DNA of 64,000 nt from Spirochaetia bacterium (GCA_965225855.1 CBDDCK010000005.1:928001-992000); one strand, 5' to 3'. Shown: positions 10,346 to 21,045, counted from the stretch's first letter. Translations and numbers: made by a program. Notes: a model not told the origin generated them from the sequence alone.

Positions 10346-10413
10346 ATTTCCATCATTTATTTATGGTTTTTAGTTTTTCAATAGTGTATAGTATCTAGTA
10401 GAATAGCTAATAG

Positions 10414-13272
10414 TTATTCGGTTTTAACCTTATTGTCGCTGGGTTTGTCGGTTGTTTGGGCCTGGTGTTTGTGTTTATAATGCTCTGCCAATTCTGCATG
10501 CACCCAGTCTTTTACCTTTAATCTTAGCTTGGTTCTGTGTTCATATTGCGGCAATTCATACAAGCTCAAATGCAATTTCTGCACAAATTCCGTTTGCTCT
10601 GTCTGCTTGTAATGGTCCACCATTACGGGAATATGCTGGGCTATCAATGCTTTGTGCTGGTAGAATTGCCGTTTTCTTTTAGCCGTAAGGTAGCGGCTTG
10701 TATGTAAAACCATCCAGTAGATAAACAAGGTATAAAACGGGGTGAGGGCCAACAATATATAAAGGCCTTGCCATATAACTATGACTAATATCCCAATAGT
10801 TACCGCAGTAATAGTCAAAATCCCCTTATGTTCAAGTTTAAAGAAATTGAATACCGCTTCAATCTTTGCCAGTGCTTCCTTCTCTTCTCTTTGAAACTCT
10901 TCCTTTTTATCGCTAAAACCTTGATGTAGTTCTTCTTTAAGAACCTTTGCTAGTTGCTGTTTCTGTTGCTCTATCTTGCCTAAACTATTTATATTATCCA
11001 CAGCTTTAAGGTATAAGTCTTTGGCTTGTTCAATATTTTTCTCTAGCTTTTCTTTGGCAAAGTCTTGGGCTTTTTGCCAAATTTTTCTGGCAGAATCTCT
11101 CCGGTTATCGGCTAATTCTTGCTCTGCCCATTGGCTATATAAGATGCTAAGATTAGTCCAAGCTAGAACATCATCTGGCTGTAATTCAATCGCTTGGTCG
11201 TAGTCTTTCAGAGCTTTATCCAGTTGCCCTTGCTTTTCATATAATCGGCCTCGGTTATAGTAGGCTGTAACATTGCCCAACTCAATCGCTTTGTTGTAGT
11301 CTTCGAGTGCTTTATCTGGTTGCCCTTGTTCTTCGTATAGGTTTCCACGATTGCCATAGGCTTCTGCAAAGTCTGGGTTTAATTCAATCGCTTGGTCGTA
11401 GTCTTTCAGAGCTTTATCCAGTTGCCCTTGCTTTTCATATAATCGGCCTCGGTTATAGTAGGCTGTAACATTGCCCAACTCAATCGCTTTGTTGTAGTCT
11501 TCGAGTGCTTTATCTGGTTGCCCTTGTTCTTCGTATAGGTTTCCACGATTGCCATAGGCATCTGCATCATCTGGCTGTAACTCAATCGCTTTGTTGTAAT
11601 CTTTTAGTGCCTTATCCAGTTGCCCTTGCTTTTTATATAGATTGCCTCGGTTGTTGTAAGCTGTAACACTGCCCAGCTCAATCGCTTGGTTGTAGTCTAA
11701 CAGAGCCTTATCTTCTTGCCCTTGTTCTGCGTATAGTACTCCACGATTGCCATAGGCATCTGCATCATCTGGCTGTAATTCAATGGCTTGGTCGTAATCT
11801 TTTAGAGCCTCATGCCATTGTTTTTGCTTTTGATATAGATTGCCTCGGTTGTTGTAAACGTCAACATCGCCCAACTCAATCGCTTGGTTGTAGTCTTCCA
11901 GTGCCTTATCTGGTTGCCCTTGTTCTGCGTATAATACCCCACGATTGCCATAGGCTGCTGCAAAGTCTGGCTGTAATTCAATGGCTTTATCGTAGTCTTT
12001 TAGTGCTTGATCCAGTAGCCCTTGTTCTGCATATAATAGGCCTCGGTTATAGTAGGCTGTAACATTGCCCAGCTCAATCGCTTGGTTGTAGTCTAACAGA
12101 GCCTTATCTTGTTGCCCTTGTTCTGCGTATAATACCCCACGATTGCCATAGGCATCTGCAAAGTCTGGCTGTAATTCAATCGCTTGGTCGTAATCTTTTA
12201 GAGCCTCATGCCATTGTTTTTGTTTTTGATATAATCGGCCTCGGTTATAGTAGGCTGCAACACCGCCCAACTCAATCGCTTGGTTGTAGTCTAAAAGTCC
12301 CTTATCTTCTTGCCCTTGTTCTGCGTATAATACCCCACGACTCACATAGGCATCTACAAAGTCTGGCTTTAATTCAATTGCTTTGTTGTAATCTTCCAGG
12401 ACTTTATCCGTTTGCCCTTGCTTTTGATATAGATTGCCTCGGTTATAGTAGGCTTCAATATAGCCCAACTCAATTGCTTGGTTGTGGTCTAATAGAGCCT
12501 GATCCCATTGCCCTTTTTTTACGTATAGCACTCCACGATTCGTATAGGCTTCTGCAAAGTCTCGGTTTAACTCAATCGCTTTGTTGTAATCTTCCAGGGC
12601 TTTATCCGTTTGCCCTTGCTTTTGATATAGATTGCCTCGGTTATAGTAAGCTTCAACATTGCCCAACTCAATCGCTTGGTTGTAGTCTAACAGAGCCTGA
12701 TCTTCTTGCCCTTGTTCTGCGTATAGGTTTCCACGATTCGCATAGGCTTCTGTAAAGTTTGGCCTTAATTCAATCGCTTTATGGTAATCTTCCAGAGCTT
12801 TATCTGGTTGCCCTTGCTTTTCATATAATACACCTCGGTTGTTGTAAGCTGCAACATTGCCCAACTCAATCGCTTGGTTGAAGTCTAAAAGTGCCTTATC
12901 TGTTTGCCCTTGTTCTGCGTATAATACCCCACGATTGCCATAGGCATCTGCATAGTCTGGCTGTAATTCAATCGCTTGGTCGTAATCTTTTAGTGCTTGA
13001 TCCGATAGCCCTTGTTTTTGATATAGATTGCCTCGGTTGTAATAAGTTATAGCATTGGTTGGCTCTATCGCAATGGCTTTGTTGTAATCAACCATGGCTT
13101 CGGCCCATTTTCCTATTTCTCTATATAAGATTGCTCGGTTGTTATAGGCTTTAATACATTTATTGTCTAGCTCAATAGCTAGGGCATAGGCCTCAATGGC
13201 CGCCTTTATATTTCTTACTTCTTGGTGGTTTTCCCCCTGTTCAAAGTAGGCTTTTGCTTCTGGGTTTATCAT
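10414..13272 (-). CDS. ~22-TPR array protein with C-terminal coiled coil and two TM helices
   Basis: Alternating 34/31-aa TPRs; hydrophobic segments GILTITAVTIGILVIVIW and LYILLALTPFYTLFIYWMVL. Confidence 0.85.
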   Translation of the reverse strand: MINPEAKAYFEQGENHQEVRNIKAAIEAYALAIELDNKCIKAYNNRAILYREIGKWAEAMVDYNKAIAIEPTNAITYYNRGNLYQKQGLSDQALKDYDQAIELQPDYADAYGNRGVLYAEQGQTDKALLDFNQAIELGNVAAYNNRGVLYEKQGQPDKALEDYHKAIELRPNFTEAYANRGNLYAEQGQEDQALLDYNQAIELGNVEAYYNRGNLYQKQGQTDKALEDYNKAIELNRDFAEAYTNRGVLYVKKGQWDQALLDHNQAIELGYIEAYYNRGNLYQKQGQTDKVLEDYNKAIELKPDFVDAYVSRGVLYAEQGQEDKGLLDYNQAIELGGVAAYYNRGRLYQKQKQWHEALKDYDQAIELQPDFADAYGNRGVLYAEQGQQDKALLDYNQAIELGNVTAYYNRGLLYAEQGLLDQALKDYDKAIELQPDFAAAYGNRGVLYAEQGQPDKALEDYNQAIELGDVDVYNNRGNLYQKQKQWHEALKDYDQAIELQPDDADAYGNRGVLYAEQGQEDKALLDYNQAIELGSVTAYNNRGNLYKKQGQLDKALKDYNKAIELQPDDADAYGNRGNLYEEQGQPDKALEDYNKAIELGNVTAYYNRGRLYEKQGQLDKALKDYDQAIELNPDFAEAYGNRGNLYEEQGQPDKALEDYNKAIELGNVTAYYNRGRLYEKQGQLDKALKDYDQAIELQPDDVLAWTNLSILYSQWAEQELADNRRDSARKIWQKAQDFAKEKLEKNIEQAKDLYLKAVDNINSLGKIEQQKQQLAKVLKEELHQGFSDKKEEFQREEKEALAKIEAVFNFFKLEHKGILTITAVTIGILVIVIWQGLYILLALTPFYTLFIYWMVLHTSRYLTAKRKRQFYQHKALIAQHIPVMVDHYKQTEQTEFVQKLHLSLYELPQYEHRTKLRLKVKDWVHAELAEHYKHKHQAQTTDKPSDNKVKTE

Positions 13273-13295
13273 GATGTGTCTCCTGTTGTTATGAT

Positions 13296-13870
13296 AGATA
13301 AACCGTTTATCAACGGTTTACGGACTAATTTTAACCGATTGGGATTCTAAAGGGTATAGACCCTTTAGCGGGGTTTGGGGCAGAGCCCCAGATATTATAA
13401 TAAAGAGTTGTTTTGTCAATCATTGATAGATAAACCGTTTATCAACGGTTTACGGACTAACTCTAACCGATTGGGATTCTAAAGGGTCGAGACCCTTTAG
13501 CGGGGTTTGGGGCAGAGCCCCAGATATTATAATAAAGAGTTGTTTTGTCAATCATTGATAGATAAACCGTTTATCAACGGTTTACGGACTAACTCTAACC
13601 GATTGGGATTCTAAAGGGTCGAGACCCTTTAGCGGGGTTTGGGGCAGAGCCCCAGATATTATAATAAATAGTTAGCTTGTCCATCATTGATAGTTTTATC
13701 ATTTATTTATGGTTTTTAGTTTTTCAATAGTGCATAGTTTCTTTTATTGTTTAGGAATTTAACCCTTATTATCCATTATTCCCACCCAACCTATCTGCTA
13801 TATCAATTGGGGCTCTGCCCCAAACCCCGCACAAGGGTATATACCCTTGAGGATCCCAATAGTGCATAGT
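13296..13870. repeat. Three minus-oriented units (132-bp period) plus one plus-oriented unit
   Basis: Cores at 13341, 13473, 13605; inverted core at ~13809-13860. Confidence 0.9.
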
Positions 13871-13872
13871 TA

Positions 13873-16800
13873 TTATTTTTCTTGATGATTCTTTGCTTCC
13901 TTTTCCAGCATTTCCAGTAGCTCTACCGTCTGTAGGCTGACCGTGATTACACGACAAACCAAGTCGATAATGGCTTCTTTGTGCTCGGCAAAGCTAAAGG
14001 CAGGGACTAACTCTGCAATGGTCGGGTCTTTAATCTTTAGGGCTTGACGGTAGCGTTCCAGTGGCCAATCTATCGCACTTCGGTTGCCTAGGCGGTAACT
14101 CCAAGCGATAGTCGGAATGTTTGTTAGCGTGGTTTGGTTGTCGATTCGTATCGTTCCATTGGCAGAATCGCTTTTTAGTTTGGGCAACAATACCAATTCT
14201 GGTTCTGCTTGCTGTGGTTCTTCGCTTGGGCTATCACTGAATAAAGGCCCGTCAATCGCTTTTTTCTTTTGGGGCTTTTTACTATTTGCTTCTTCTCTTT
14301 GGCAAGTAAACGGTTCTACTGTGGCAAAGTTTATATGCAATTCTGCCAATTGTTGGCCGATACTCTGGTAATGAGCAAAGTCTTCTTTAGTAGACCCCAA
14401 CAACGGCATTCGTGGAAAGCTGCGCTTCAAATCTACGGCATACTTCTCGCGATAGCTCGATAAATGCAACACAGCATAGCAATAGTGCCAGATACTTTCG
14501 GCCATAATGGCCTCGTCTTTGTAGTGTTCTCTAAACTTCTTTAAACCATACTCGGTAACATTGCTGCGCTTTTCGCCTTCTTTTGTCCAGTAATATAGTG
14601 GTATACATTGGCTGTCTCCAGTTGCATGTAAATCGACAATCGTATCGCTTGCCAGTGTTTGAAAGTCTTTAGCTGTACCGGGTGCAGCTAAACAAAGGTA
14701 GATATTTGGTTGTTCTTTGCGCCATATCTGCGGCCATTGATAGGTCATCGAATTAAAATTCTTGTCGTAGTACAGGTGCATTGTAGTAAAGGGGCGGTAC
14801 AAACACAACACAATCTGTTCTTGGTTATAGCTTTTGGTTATGCCTCTTTTCAGGTATTTGTTTAGCTCTCTATCCCATTTAATGCTTTGTTTATCGCTGG
14901 TTTTGCCCTCTAAAGTCTGTTGATATACCTTGCTAAAGTACTGCATCTTGGTTTGTAAATCGTCTATATCAAAATCATAAACCCATTCATCTCGCTGGCT
15001 CTTTAACCCATTAGAAAAGGTTTTGAATAAAGGAGTTTCTCCTTTTGCCGTTGCTTTGCCTTCTTTGACTTGCTTATTAATAATAGGAATCAAGCTATGC
15101 CAATCGTTATCGGTTTGCTGTAGCCAATGGTTTTGTTTACTGGGCACAATCTGCCTAAAGTCTATTTTATCTATGGGATTGCCTTGCAACCAAGCTAACT
15201 TTTGCCCTTTCGTCCATTCATCTTCTACGCTTGTGTAGTGTAAAGTAGTGCTTTGTAGCTCTGAATCTCGCACGAAAAACAGAATACTTACGCCTACCAT
15301 AATATCAAATACATTGCCTACTGCCGTTCCCTTTCCACCAGAGGTGCGCACATTACCGCCCAGATCGACAATATAAATCCGTTGAAAGTCCTGCATAACA
15401 CAGCTACGCAAACCGTCCAAAGCCATTGCATCAATAAAACTTCTGTTGCATACAAAGGCCACAATTCCGTTATTTTTAAGGCGATCACTGGCATAACGCA
15501 CAAAGCGAATGTACATATCATAAAGCTGGTTTTTGTTTTGTGCGCTTCCTTGCTTGGCGTAAGTTTGTTTAATTCTTTGGTCAATAAAAGGGTACTTTCG
15601 GTTAGAGTTTTGGTCATTGTAGCTTATTTGTTTGGCATTATACGGCGGGTTACCGATGATCAAACTAATATTCTTGTTGTTTTGTTCGGCGATTCTCTCG
15701 GCATTTGTGCTAGAAAGTCCAAACAACTCTAAGCGATTGTTGGGGGCATTCGTGCCTAGGGCTTCGGTATTGTCTAGGGTATCGGCAAAGCATAAACCGC
15801 TAAATTCTTTATATTCTTTCATCTTTTGTTGGTATGTGTATTCTATATTCAAGGCGGCAATGTAGTAAGGAAGTATCGCCACTTCATTGGCATGTAGCTC
15901 GTGTTCATACTTATATTGTAGGCTTTCCTTTGGCAGTTTCTCTATCAGTTCGCAAATGAATGTGCCCGTACCTGTGGCAGGGTCTAGGATTTCCACGCCT
16001 GGACTGCCCAAGGTTTTGCCAAAGTGTTCGGCCAACAAATGGTTAGAACTGTCTATCATAAAGTCGACAATCTCGGTGGGAGTGTACACAACTCCCAGCC
16101 GATCTGCCATCTTCGGGTTATACGCCTTGTAGAAACTCTCATAAACTGCCTTCAAGAATTTCTGCTTCTCATGGTGATCTTCAATCTGTTTAGCGTGCGC
16201 ACTCAAGGTAGAATAGTAGTGTTCTATGTTGCTAAGTAGGCGCATGCGTTCGGCTCTACTTAGGAAAGTCGCCACCAATGTTTCCAATTGTTGGCCTATG
16301 TTGTTACTGCGGTGGAATCTTGTATCGCTGAAAATACTACTGAATAGCTCTTCTGTAAGTACGTGTTGTACCAACATCTCATCTATATCATGCGTGGTAA
16401 TTTCTTTGTTTATCGTCTGTTTACAAGTTTCATAAAAGCGATTGTGTTCCTCTCTAAAGCCGATATTTTCCTTGTGTTGTTGCTGTACTAGCTCCACAAA
16501 GTGCGCAGCTATCTGGGGAATATCGGCGGTAAACTGTTCTAAAGCCGCTTGAAATTCCTTTACCTCTGGTGGAGTGTAGGCGGTAAACTGCAGCAATAAC
16601 TGGTGCAGTTTGTGCTTATCGCTAAACGAAACTCGGCCATATTCTTGGCTATTCTGGTACAGAATCGCCTGCATACTGTCTTCAAATAGAATGTTGTTTC
16701 TGGGGTATCCTTTGGCAAACTTTACTTGAATCTCTTTGTCTATGTCGTCTTTCGAGTCCTTACTTTCCCAAAAGCCAAAGTCTAAACGCAAGGCATTCTT

Positions 16801-16998
16801 TAGCGTTCCGTCCGGCCTTGGGCTCTTGTTTCGTGCTTTGTGGGGCAGTTCCCGCACTAAAAACAGGTTTTGTTTGTCCGCATAATGGTTGATCAAACGC
16901 TCAAAGCAACTCTTGATCTGCTCTTCATTGCGGCTGCCTCCGTACTGTATCACCTTGTCGCGTTCACTTAAATAGGTTTCAATCTGCGCTATACTCAT
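13873..16998 (-). CDS. Single-polypeptide restriction-modification enzyme (type IIG / type ISP-like, no helicase)
   Basis: N-terminal RPDG...FWESK nuclease motif; VYTPTEIV, LDPATGTGTF, IGNPPY N6-MTase motifs; ISP-type C-terminal region (YRPF, FPRMP). Confidence 0.85.
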   Translation of the reverse strand: MSIAQIETYLSERDKVIQYGGSRNEEQIKSCFERLINHYADKQNLFLVRELPHKARNKSPRPDGTLKNALRLDFGFWESKDSKDDIDKEIQVKFAKGYPRNNILFEDSMQAILYQNSQEYGRVSFSDKHKLHQLLLQFTAYTPPEVKEFQAALEQFTADIPQIAAHFVELVQQQHKENIGFREEHNRFYETCKQTINKEITTHDIDEMLVQHVLTEELFSSIFSDTRFHRSNNIGQQLETLVATFLSRAERMRLLSNIEHYYSTLSAHAKQIEDHHEKQKFLKAVYESFYKAYNPKMADRLGVVYTPTEIVDFMIDSSNHLLAEHFGKTLGSPGVEILDPATGTGTFICELIEKLPKESLQYKYEHELHANEVAILPYYIAALNIEYTYQQKMKEYKEFSGLCFADTLDNTEALGTNAPNNRLELFGLSSTNAERIAEQNNKNISLIIGNPPYNAKQISYNDQNSNRKYPFIDQRIKQTYAKQGSAQNKNQLYDMYIRFVRYASDRLKNNGIVAFVCNRSFIDAMALDGLRSCVMQDFQRIYIVDLGGNVRTSGGKGTAVGNVFDIMVGVSILFFVRDSELQSTTLHYTSVEDEWTKGQKLAWLQGNPIDKIDFRQIVPSKQNHWLQQTDNDWHSLIPIINKQVKEGKATAKGETPLFKTFSNGLKSQRDEWVYDFDIDDLQTKMQYFSKVYQQTLEGKTSDKQSIKWDRELNKYLKRGITKSYNQEQIVLCLYRPFTTMHLYYDKNFNSMTYQWPQIWRKEQPNIYLCLAAPGTAKDFQTLASDTIVDLHATGDSQCIPLYYWTKEGEKRSNVTEYGLKKFREHYKDEAIMAESIWHYCYAVLHLSSYREKYAVDLKRSFPRMPLLGSTKEDFAHYQSIGQQLAELHINFATVEPFTCQREEANSKKPQKKKAIDGPLFSDSPSEEPQQAEPELVLLPKLKSDSANGTIRIDNQTTLTNIPTIAWSYRLGNRSAIDWPLERYRQALKIKDPTIAELVPAFSFAEHKEAIIDLVCRVITVSLQTVELLEMLEKEAKNHQEK

Positions 16999-17195
16999 GG
17001 CTTATCCTATCGATAATCGGTGTTACATTGTGTTGGTCTAACTATGATAATCGGCCAATCCATAAAGATAAATAGCAAGCCTTACTATGGAAAAACAACC
17101 AAAGCAAGAACAAAATTCTACTACCCAGCCACCAGTACCCAGGCCAAACAACACTTATTGCTTGTGGTAAAAATAGACATCATACTAAACTACTA

Positions 17196-18413
17196 TCACG
17201 TTGTTCGGCGATAATATGTTTTTAAGCGCAAAGCATGTAAGTTGATAAAGCCTTTTGCGTCTGTATGATCATAACCGCCCTCTTCATCCATTGAGGCAAT
17301 CTTTTGATCGTAAAGAGCATAGCTGCTACTACGGGCAATGGGGTAAGCATTGCCCTTATACAGTTTGAGCTGTACCATACCGCTAACATATTCTTGGCTC
17401 TGGCGAATGGCTGCCATGATAAATTCCATTTCAGGGGAAAACCAAAAACCGTTGTAAATTGCTGCGGCAAAACGCGCTACCATGCTATCACGCAATTGCA
17501 TTACTTCTCTATCTAAAGTCAAGCCTTCCAAATCTTTGTGGGCTTCCAGCAAAATTTGGAAACTAGGCGCTTCATAAACCCCACGGGATTTCATACCCAC
17601 AAAACGATTTTCTACCATATCGAGGCGACCAATGCCGTTAAGCCCACCAACGGTATTTAAATAATTGATAATCGCAACTGCTTCAGTGATTTCTGTATGG
17701 TCTTTGCAGTTATACACTTTAACCGGAATGCCCTTATCAAAAGTGATTTCAATAATAGTCGCCTCGTTGGGCGCCTCTTCTGCGCTACGGGTAATACTGT
17801 AGACATCTTCTGGGCAAGGCATAGCCGGGTCTTCAAGGATACCAGCTTCATGGCTAATATGCAGCAAATTTGCATCCTCACTGTATGGCCGCTTTTTACT
17901 AGCACCAACTGGTATACCGTGCCTTTGTGCAAAGGCCAACATATCGCTGCGGCCGGCAAAATTATTTAGAAATTCTGGGTCTTTCCAAGGTGCAATTATT
18001 TGTATTTCTGGGGCCAACGCACAGTAAGAAAGTTCAAAACGCACTTGATCATTGCCCTTGCCCGTGGCCCCATGCGCTACATAAGCCGCCCCTTCGCGCT
18101 GGGCAACTTCAATTTGGCGTTTGGCAATCACAGGCCGAGCCAAAGAAGTCCCCAGTAAATAACGCTGTTCGTAGACGGCATTACCTTGTAAAGCGGGGTA
18201 AATATAATCGGTAACAAATTCATGTTTTAAGTCTTCCACATAAGCTTTACTAGCACCAGTTTCCAAAGCTTTTTTCTGAACCGCTTCAAAATCTTCTTCC
18301 TGTCCTACATCTGCAATGTAGGCGATGACTTCAAAGCCTTTAATCTTTAACCATTTGAGGATAATAGAGGTATCAAGCCCCCCTGAATAAGCCAGTACAA
18401 CTTTATTGCTCAT
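17196..18413 (-). CDS. argG: Argininosuccinate synthase
   Basis: [40 protein letters not shown]. Confidence 0.97.
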   Translation of the reverse strand: MSNKVVLAYSGGLDTSIILKWLKIKGFEVIAYIADVGQEEDFEAVQKKALETGASKAYVEDLKHEFVTDYIYPALQGNAVYEQRYLLGTSLARPVIAKRQIEVAQREGAAYVAHGATGKGNDQVRFELSYCALAPEIQIIAPWKDPEFLNNFAGRSDMLAFAQRHGIPVGASKKRPYSEDANLLHISHEAGILEDPAMPCPEDVYSITRSAEEAPNEATIIEITFDKGIPVKVYNCKDHTEITEAVAIINYLNTVGGLNGIGRLDMVENRFVGMKSRGVYEAPSFQILLEAHKDLEGLTLDREVMQLRDSMVARFAAAIYNGFWFSPEMEFIMAAIRQSQEYVSGMVQLKLYKGNAYPIARSSSYALYDQKIASMDEEGGYDHTDAKGFINLHALRLKTYYRRTT

Positions 18414-18558
18414 ATAAAAAACCTTACCTAAAATACTATTACTAAGCTCTAATCAAAAAATATACAAAACCAGACTGTATAGCTATATAATAGTCATATA
18501 AAAACAAAAAAGCTAAATTTAAGAAAACCTAAACTTAGCTTTTAAACAAAATGCCACA

Positions 18559-18631
18559 TGCCACCGGTGAGAATCGAACTCACGACACAGGGATTTTCAG
18601 TCCCTTGCTCTACCGACTGAGCTACAGCGGC
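18559..18631 (-). tRNA. tRNA-Phe(GAA), CCA not encoded
   Basis: GCCGCTGTAGCTCAGTCGGTAGAGCAAGGGACTGAAAATCCCTGTGTCGTGAGTTCGATTCTCACCGGTGGCA folds as a cloverleaf with anticodon GAA. Confidence 0.95.
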
Positions 18632-18641
18632 TAATCAATGC

Positions 18642-18690
18642 TGCAGGGAATATATTGCTGTGCTCTACCTTTGTCAATATATTCCCTGCA
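18642..18690 (-). promoter_or_regulatory. sigma70 promoter of tRNA-Phe inside a 16-bp inverted repeat
   Basis: TTGACA (18677-18672), 17 bp, TATATT (18654-18649); arms tgcagggaatatattg / caatatattccctgca. Confidence 0.7.
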
Positions 18691-18756
18691 AAATTTGCAA
18701 TAAACGGAAATACTATATGAAGCAACTCTAAAATTTGCTTCCTTTGTTTCCAGTTC

Positions 18757-21045
18757 TTATTTGCTACATTCTTGGCGTAAAACTTTTGCAGCCTCAACCA
18801 TCAATTTCAAAGCTTCTTGGGTTTCGGGCCAATCGCGGGTCTTTAAGCCACAGTCCGGATTAATCCAGATTTGCCAATTTTCTAAGTATTGTTTGGCTTT
18901 GCGGATTACACTGGCCATTTCCTCAAGCTGGGGCACACGTGGGGAATGAATGTCATAAACACCCAGACCAATTCCACTAGGGTATTTTGACTCGCTCATA
19001 ACTTTTAGAATATCGTGCTGGGAACGCGAAGCTTCAATGCTAATTACGTCTGTATCCATCACAGCAATGGCAGCCATAATTTCATTAAATTCAGAATAAC
19101 ACATGTGGGTATGGATTTGTGTCTGATCTTTTACGCCCGCAGCACTGATACGAAAGCTTTCCACCGCCCACTTCAAATAAGCGCTCTGGTCTTCTTTGCG
19201 CAAAGGCAAGGCTTCACGAATCGCTGGCTCGTCAATTTGAATTATGGGCAAGCCAGCTTCTTCCAAATCTTGCACTTCATCGCGCAGGGCAAAAGCAATT
19301 TGGCGGCAAGTTTGAGCCAAAGGTTGGTCATCACGCACGAAAGACCATTTCAAAATGGTAATTGGGCCGGTAAGCATTGCCTTCATGGGAAGTTTGGTTT
19401 TCTGTTGGGCAAAGGTCATCCAATCAACTGTCATTGCCTTGGCGCGCGCTATATCTCCATAAATTACCGGCGGGCGTACACAACGCGAACCGTAGGATTG
19501 CACCCAGCCGTTACTGGTAAAAGCCAAGCCCGAAAGCTGCTCGCCAAAATATTCCACCATATCGGTGCGTTCAAACTCACCATGAACCAGCACATCTAGC
19601 CCTAAATCTTGTTGGAGTTGAATACATTTTTGGGTTTCTTGTTCTAAGAAATCATGATATTGCTGTTGGCTAATTTCCCCTTTGCGGCAAGCGCTGCGTT
19701 TTTTGCGCACTTCCGCTGTTTGCGGGAAAGAGCCAATGGTTGTGGTTGGAAACAAGGGAAGCCCTAATTTCTGCACTTGTTTTTTGCGCCGCTCGCTAAA
19801 AACGCTGTTGCGCTGGGTATCTTTTGGGCTAATAGCCGAAACGCGTTGTTGCACGCTAGGGTTGTTGATAATGCTAGAGCTTTTGCGATCTTCAATGGCA
19901 GCATTACTGACTTCCAAAGCTTGCGTTATATCTTGGCCATCTAAGCCTTTGGCTAGAGTAACAATCTCATCGAGTTTCTGGCGAGCAAAGGCTAACTGTT
20001 GGTATACTTCTGGTTGTAAATGGCCTTGTTCATGCCTTAAATCCACTGGGCTGTGCAGTAGTGAACAAGAAGAGCTAACGATCAAACGTTCTGGACCTAT
20101 TTTGTCTACTATATTTTGCAGTAAGGCCAAAGACTTACCCAGCTTATTGCGCCAAATATTGCGGCCGTTAACGATACCAGCAGAAACTTTAACTGCTTCG
20201 GGCAGCTTGCCTAGTATTGCGTTAAGCTCAGCTTGACTGTGGTTGATTAAATCTAGGTGCAGGGTTGCAATCCCTTGGTTTACCACCAATTCGGCATTTT
20301 CACGCAGTGGCGCAAAGTAACTGCTTACAAATAATTTGGCTTTACTAGCTAGCAAACCATAGGCTTTGCGGTAGGCCTCTTTGGCTGCATCGTCTAAATC
20401 CAAAGCTAAAAATGGCTCTTCAATCTGTACTTGTTGGTATTCGGCAAGCTCGGCTAGCAACTGTTGATATACAGCTAACAAAGTATCCAAAAGCTGTAAC
20501 GGTTGGTCCAAGCCTTTGCTAAGCAATAAAAAGCTTACGGGCCCTAACACTACTGGGCGAATTTTGGCTTTCGTCCCAATAGTATTTTGGGCTTCTTGCA
20601 GTAGCTGTTTTACGGTGGAGCTGTCTAATTGGAATTTTTGCCCTGCTACTAATTCTGGTACAATGTTGTGGTAATTGGTATCAAACCACTTGGTCATCTC
20701 CATGGCCGCTACATCAATGCCATCTTGCTGGCGGCCACGGGCCATTGCAAAGAATAGGTCTAACGGTTGCTCTAGTTTACTTTCAATATCTTGGTAGCGT
20801 TGCGGAATTGCTCGCAACATACAAATGGTATTGAGCACGTGGTCATAAAAGCTAAAATCACCTACCGGGATTTCGGTTACTCCAGCTTCCAGCATAGCAG
20901 CATAGTTGCTTTGGCGCACTCTGGCCGCTGCATCTTGTAATGCTGAAATACTAGACTTACCTTTCCAATAGGCTTCTTGGGCACGTTTTAGCTCACGTTT
21001 AGCCCCAATGCGGGGGTAGCCGAGTATGGTTGTTGCTATAGACAT
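18757..21045 (-). CDS. metE: Cobalamin-independent methionine synthase
   Basis: GYPRIG..RELK, KWFDTNYH, HGEFERTDMVEYF, HTHMCYSEF, NPDCGLKTR. Confidence 0.97.
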   Translation of the reverse strand: MSIATTILGYPRIGAKRELKRAQEAYWKGKSSISALQDAAARVRQSNYAAMLEAGVTEIPVGDFSFYDHVLNTICMLRAIPQRYQDIESKLEQPLDLFFAMARGRQQDGIDVAAMEMTKWFDTNYHNIVPELVAGQKFQLDSSTVKQLLQEAQNTIGTKAKIRPVVLGPVSFLLLSKGLDQPLQLLDTLLAVYQQLLAELAEYQQVQIEEPFLALDLDDAAKEAYRKAYGLLASKAKLFVSSYFAPLRENAELVVNQGIATLHLDLINHSQAELNAILGKLPEAVKVSAGIVNGRNIWRNKLGKSLALLQNIVDKIGPERLIVSSSCSLLHSPVDLRHEQGHLQPEVYQQLAFARQKLDEIVTLAKGLDGQDITQALEVSNAAIEDRKSSSIINNPSVQQRVSAISPKDTQRNSVFSERRKKQVQKLGLPLFPTTTIGSFPQTAEVRKKRSACRKGEISQQQYHDFLEQETQKCIQLQQDLGLDVLVHGEFERTDMVEYFGEQLSGLAFTSNGWVQSYGSRCVRPPVIYGDIARAKAMTVDWMTFAQQKTKLPMKAMLTGPITILKWSFVRDDQPLAQTCRQIAFALRDEVQDLEEAGLPIIQIDEPAIREALPLRKEDQSAYLKWAVESFRISAAGVKDQTQIHTHMCYSEFNEIMAAIAVMDTDVISIEASRSQHDILKVMSESKYPSGIGLGVYDIHSPRVPQLEEMASVIRKAKQYLENWQIWINPDCGLKTRDWPETQEALKLMVEAAKVLRQECSK

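Noticed and set aside
8584..12755. Plus-strand ORFs over the TPR genes, and similar antisense ORFs over metE, copA and the lipoproteins
   Set aside because: Shadow frames of well-supported genes
795..13870. Classical integron attC cassettes
   Set aside because: No RYYYAAC/GTTRRRY-bounded attC structure noticed, repeats occur in both orientations, and no integrase is visible
17087..17170. 27-aa ORF MEKQPKQEQNSTTQPPVPRPNNTYCLW
   Set aside because: No clear RBS and no modifying enzymes nearby; cannot be supported
18559..18631. tRNA-Phe as integration site of the defence island
   Set aside because: argG intervenes and I saw no duplicated tRNA 3' end or integrase
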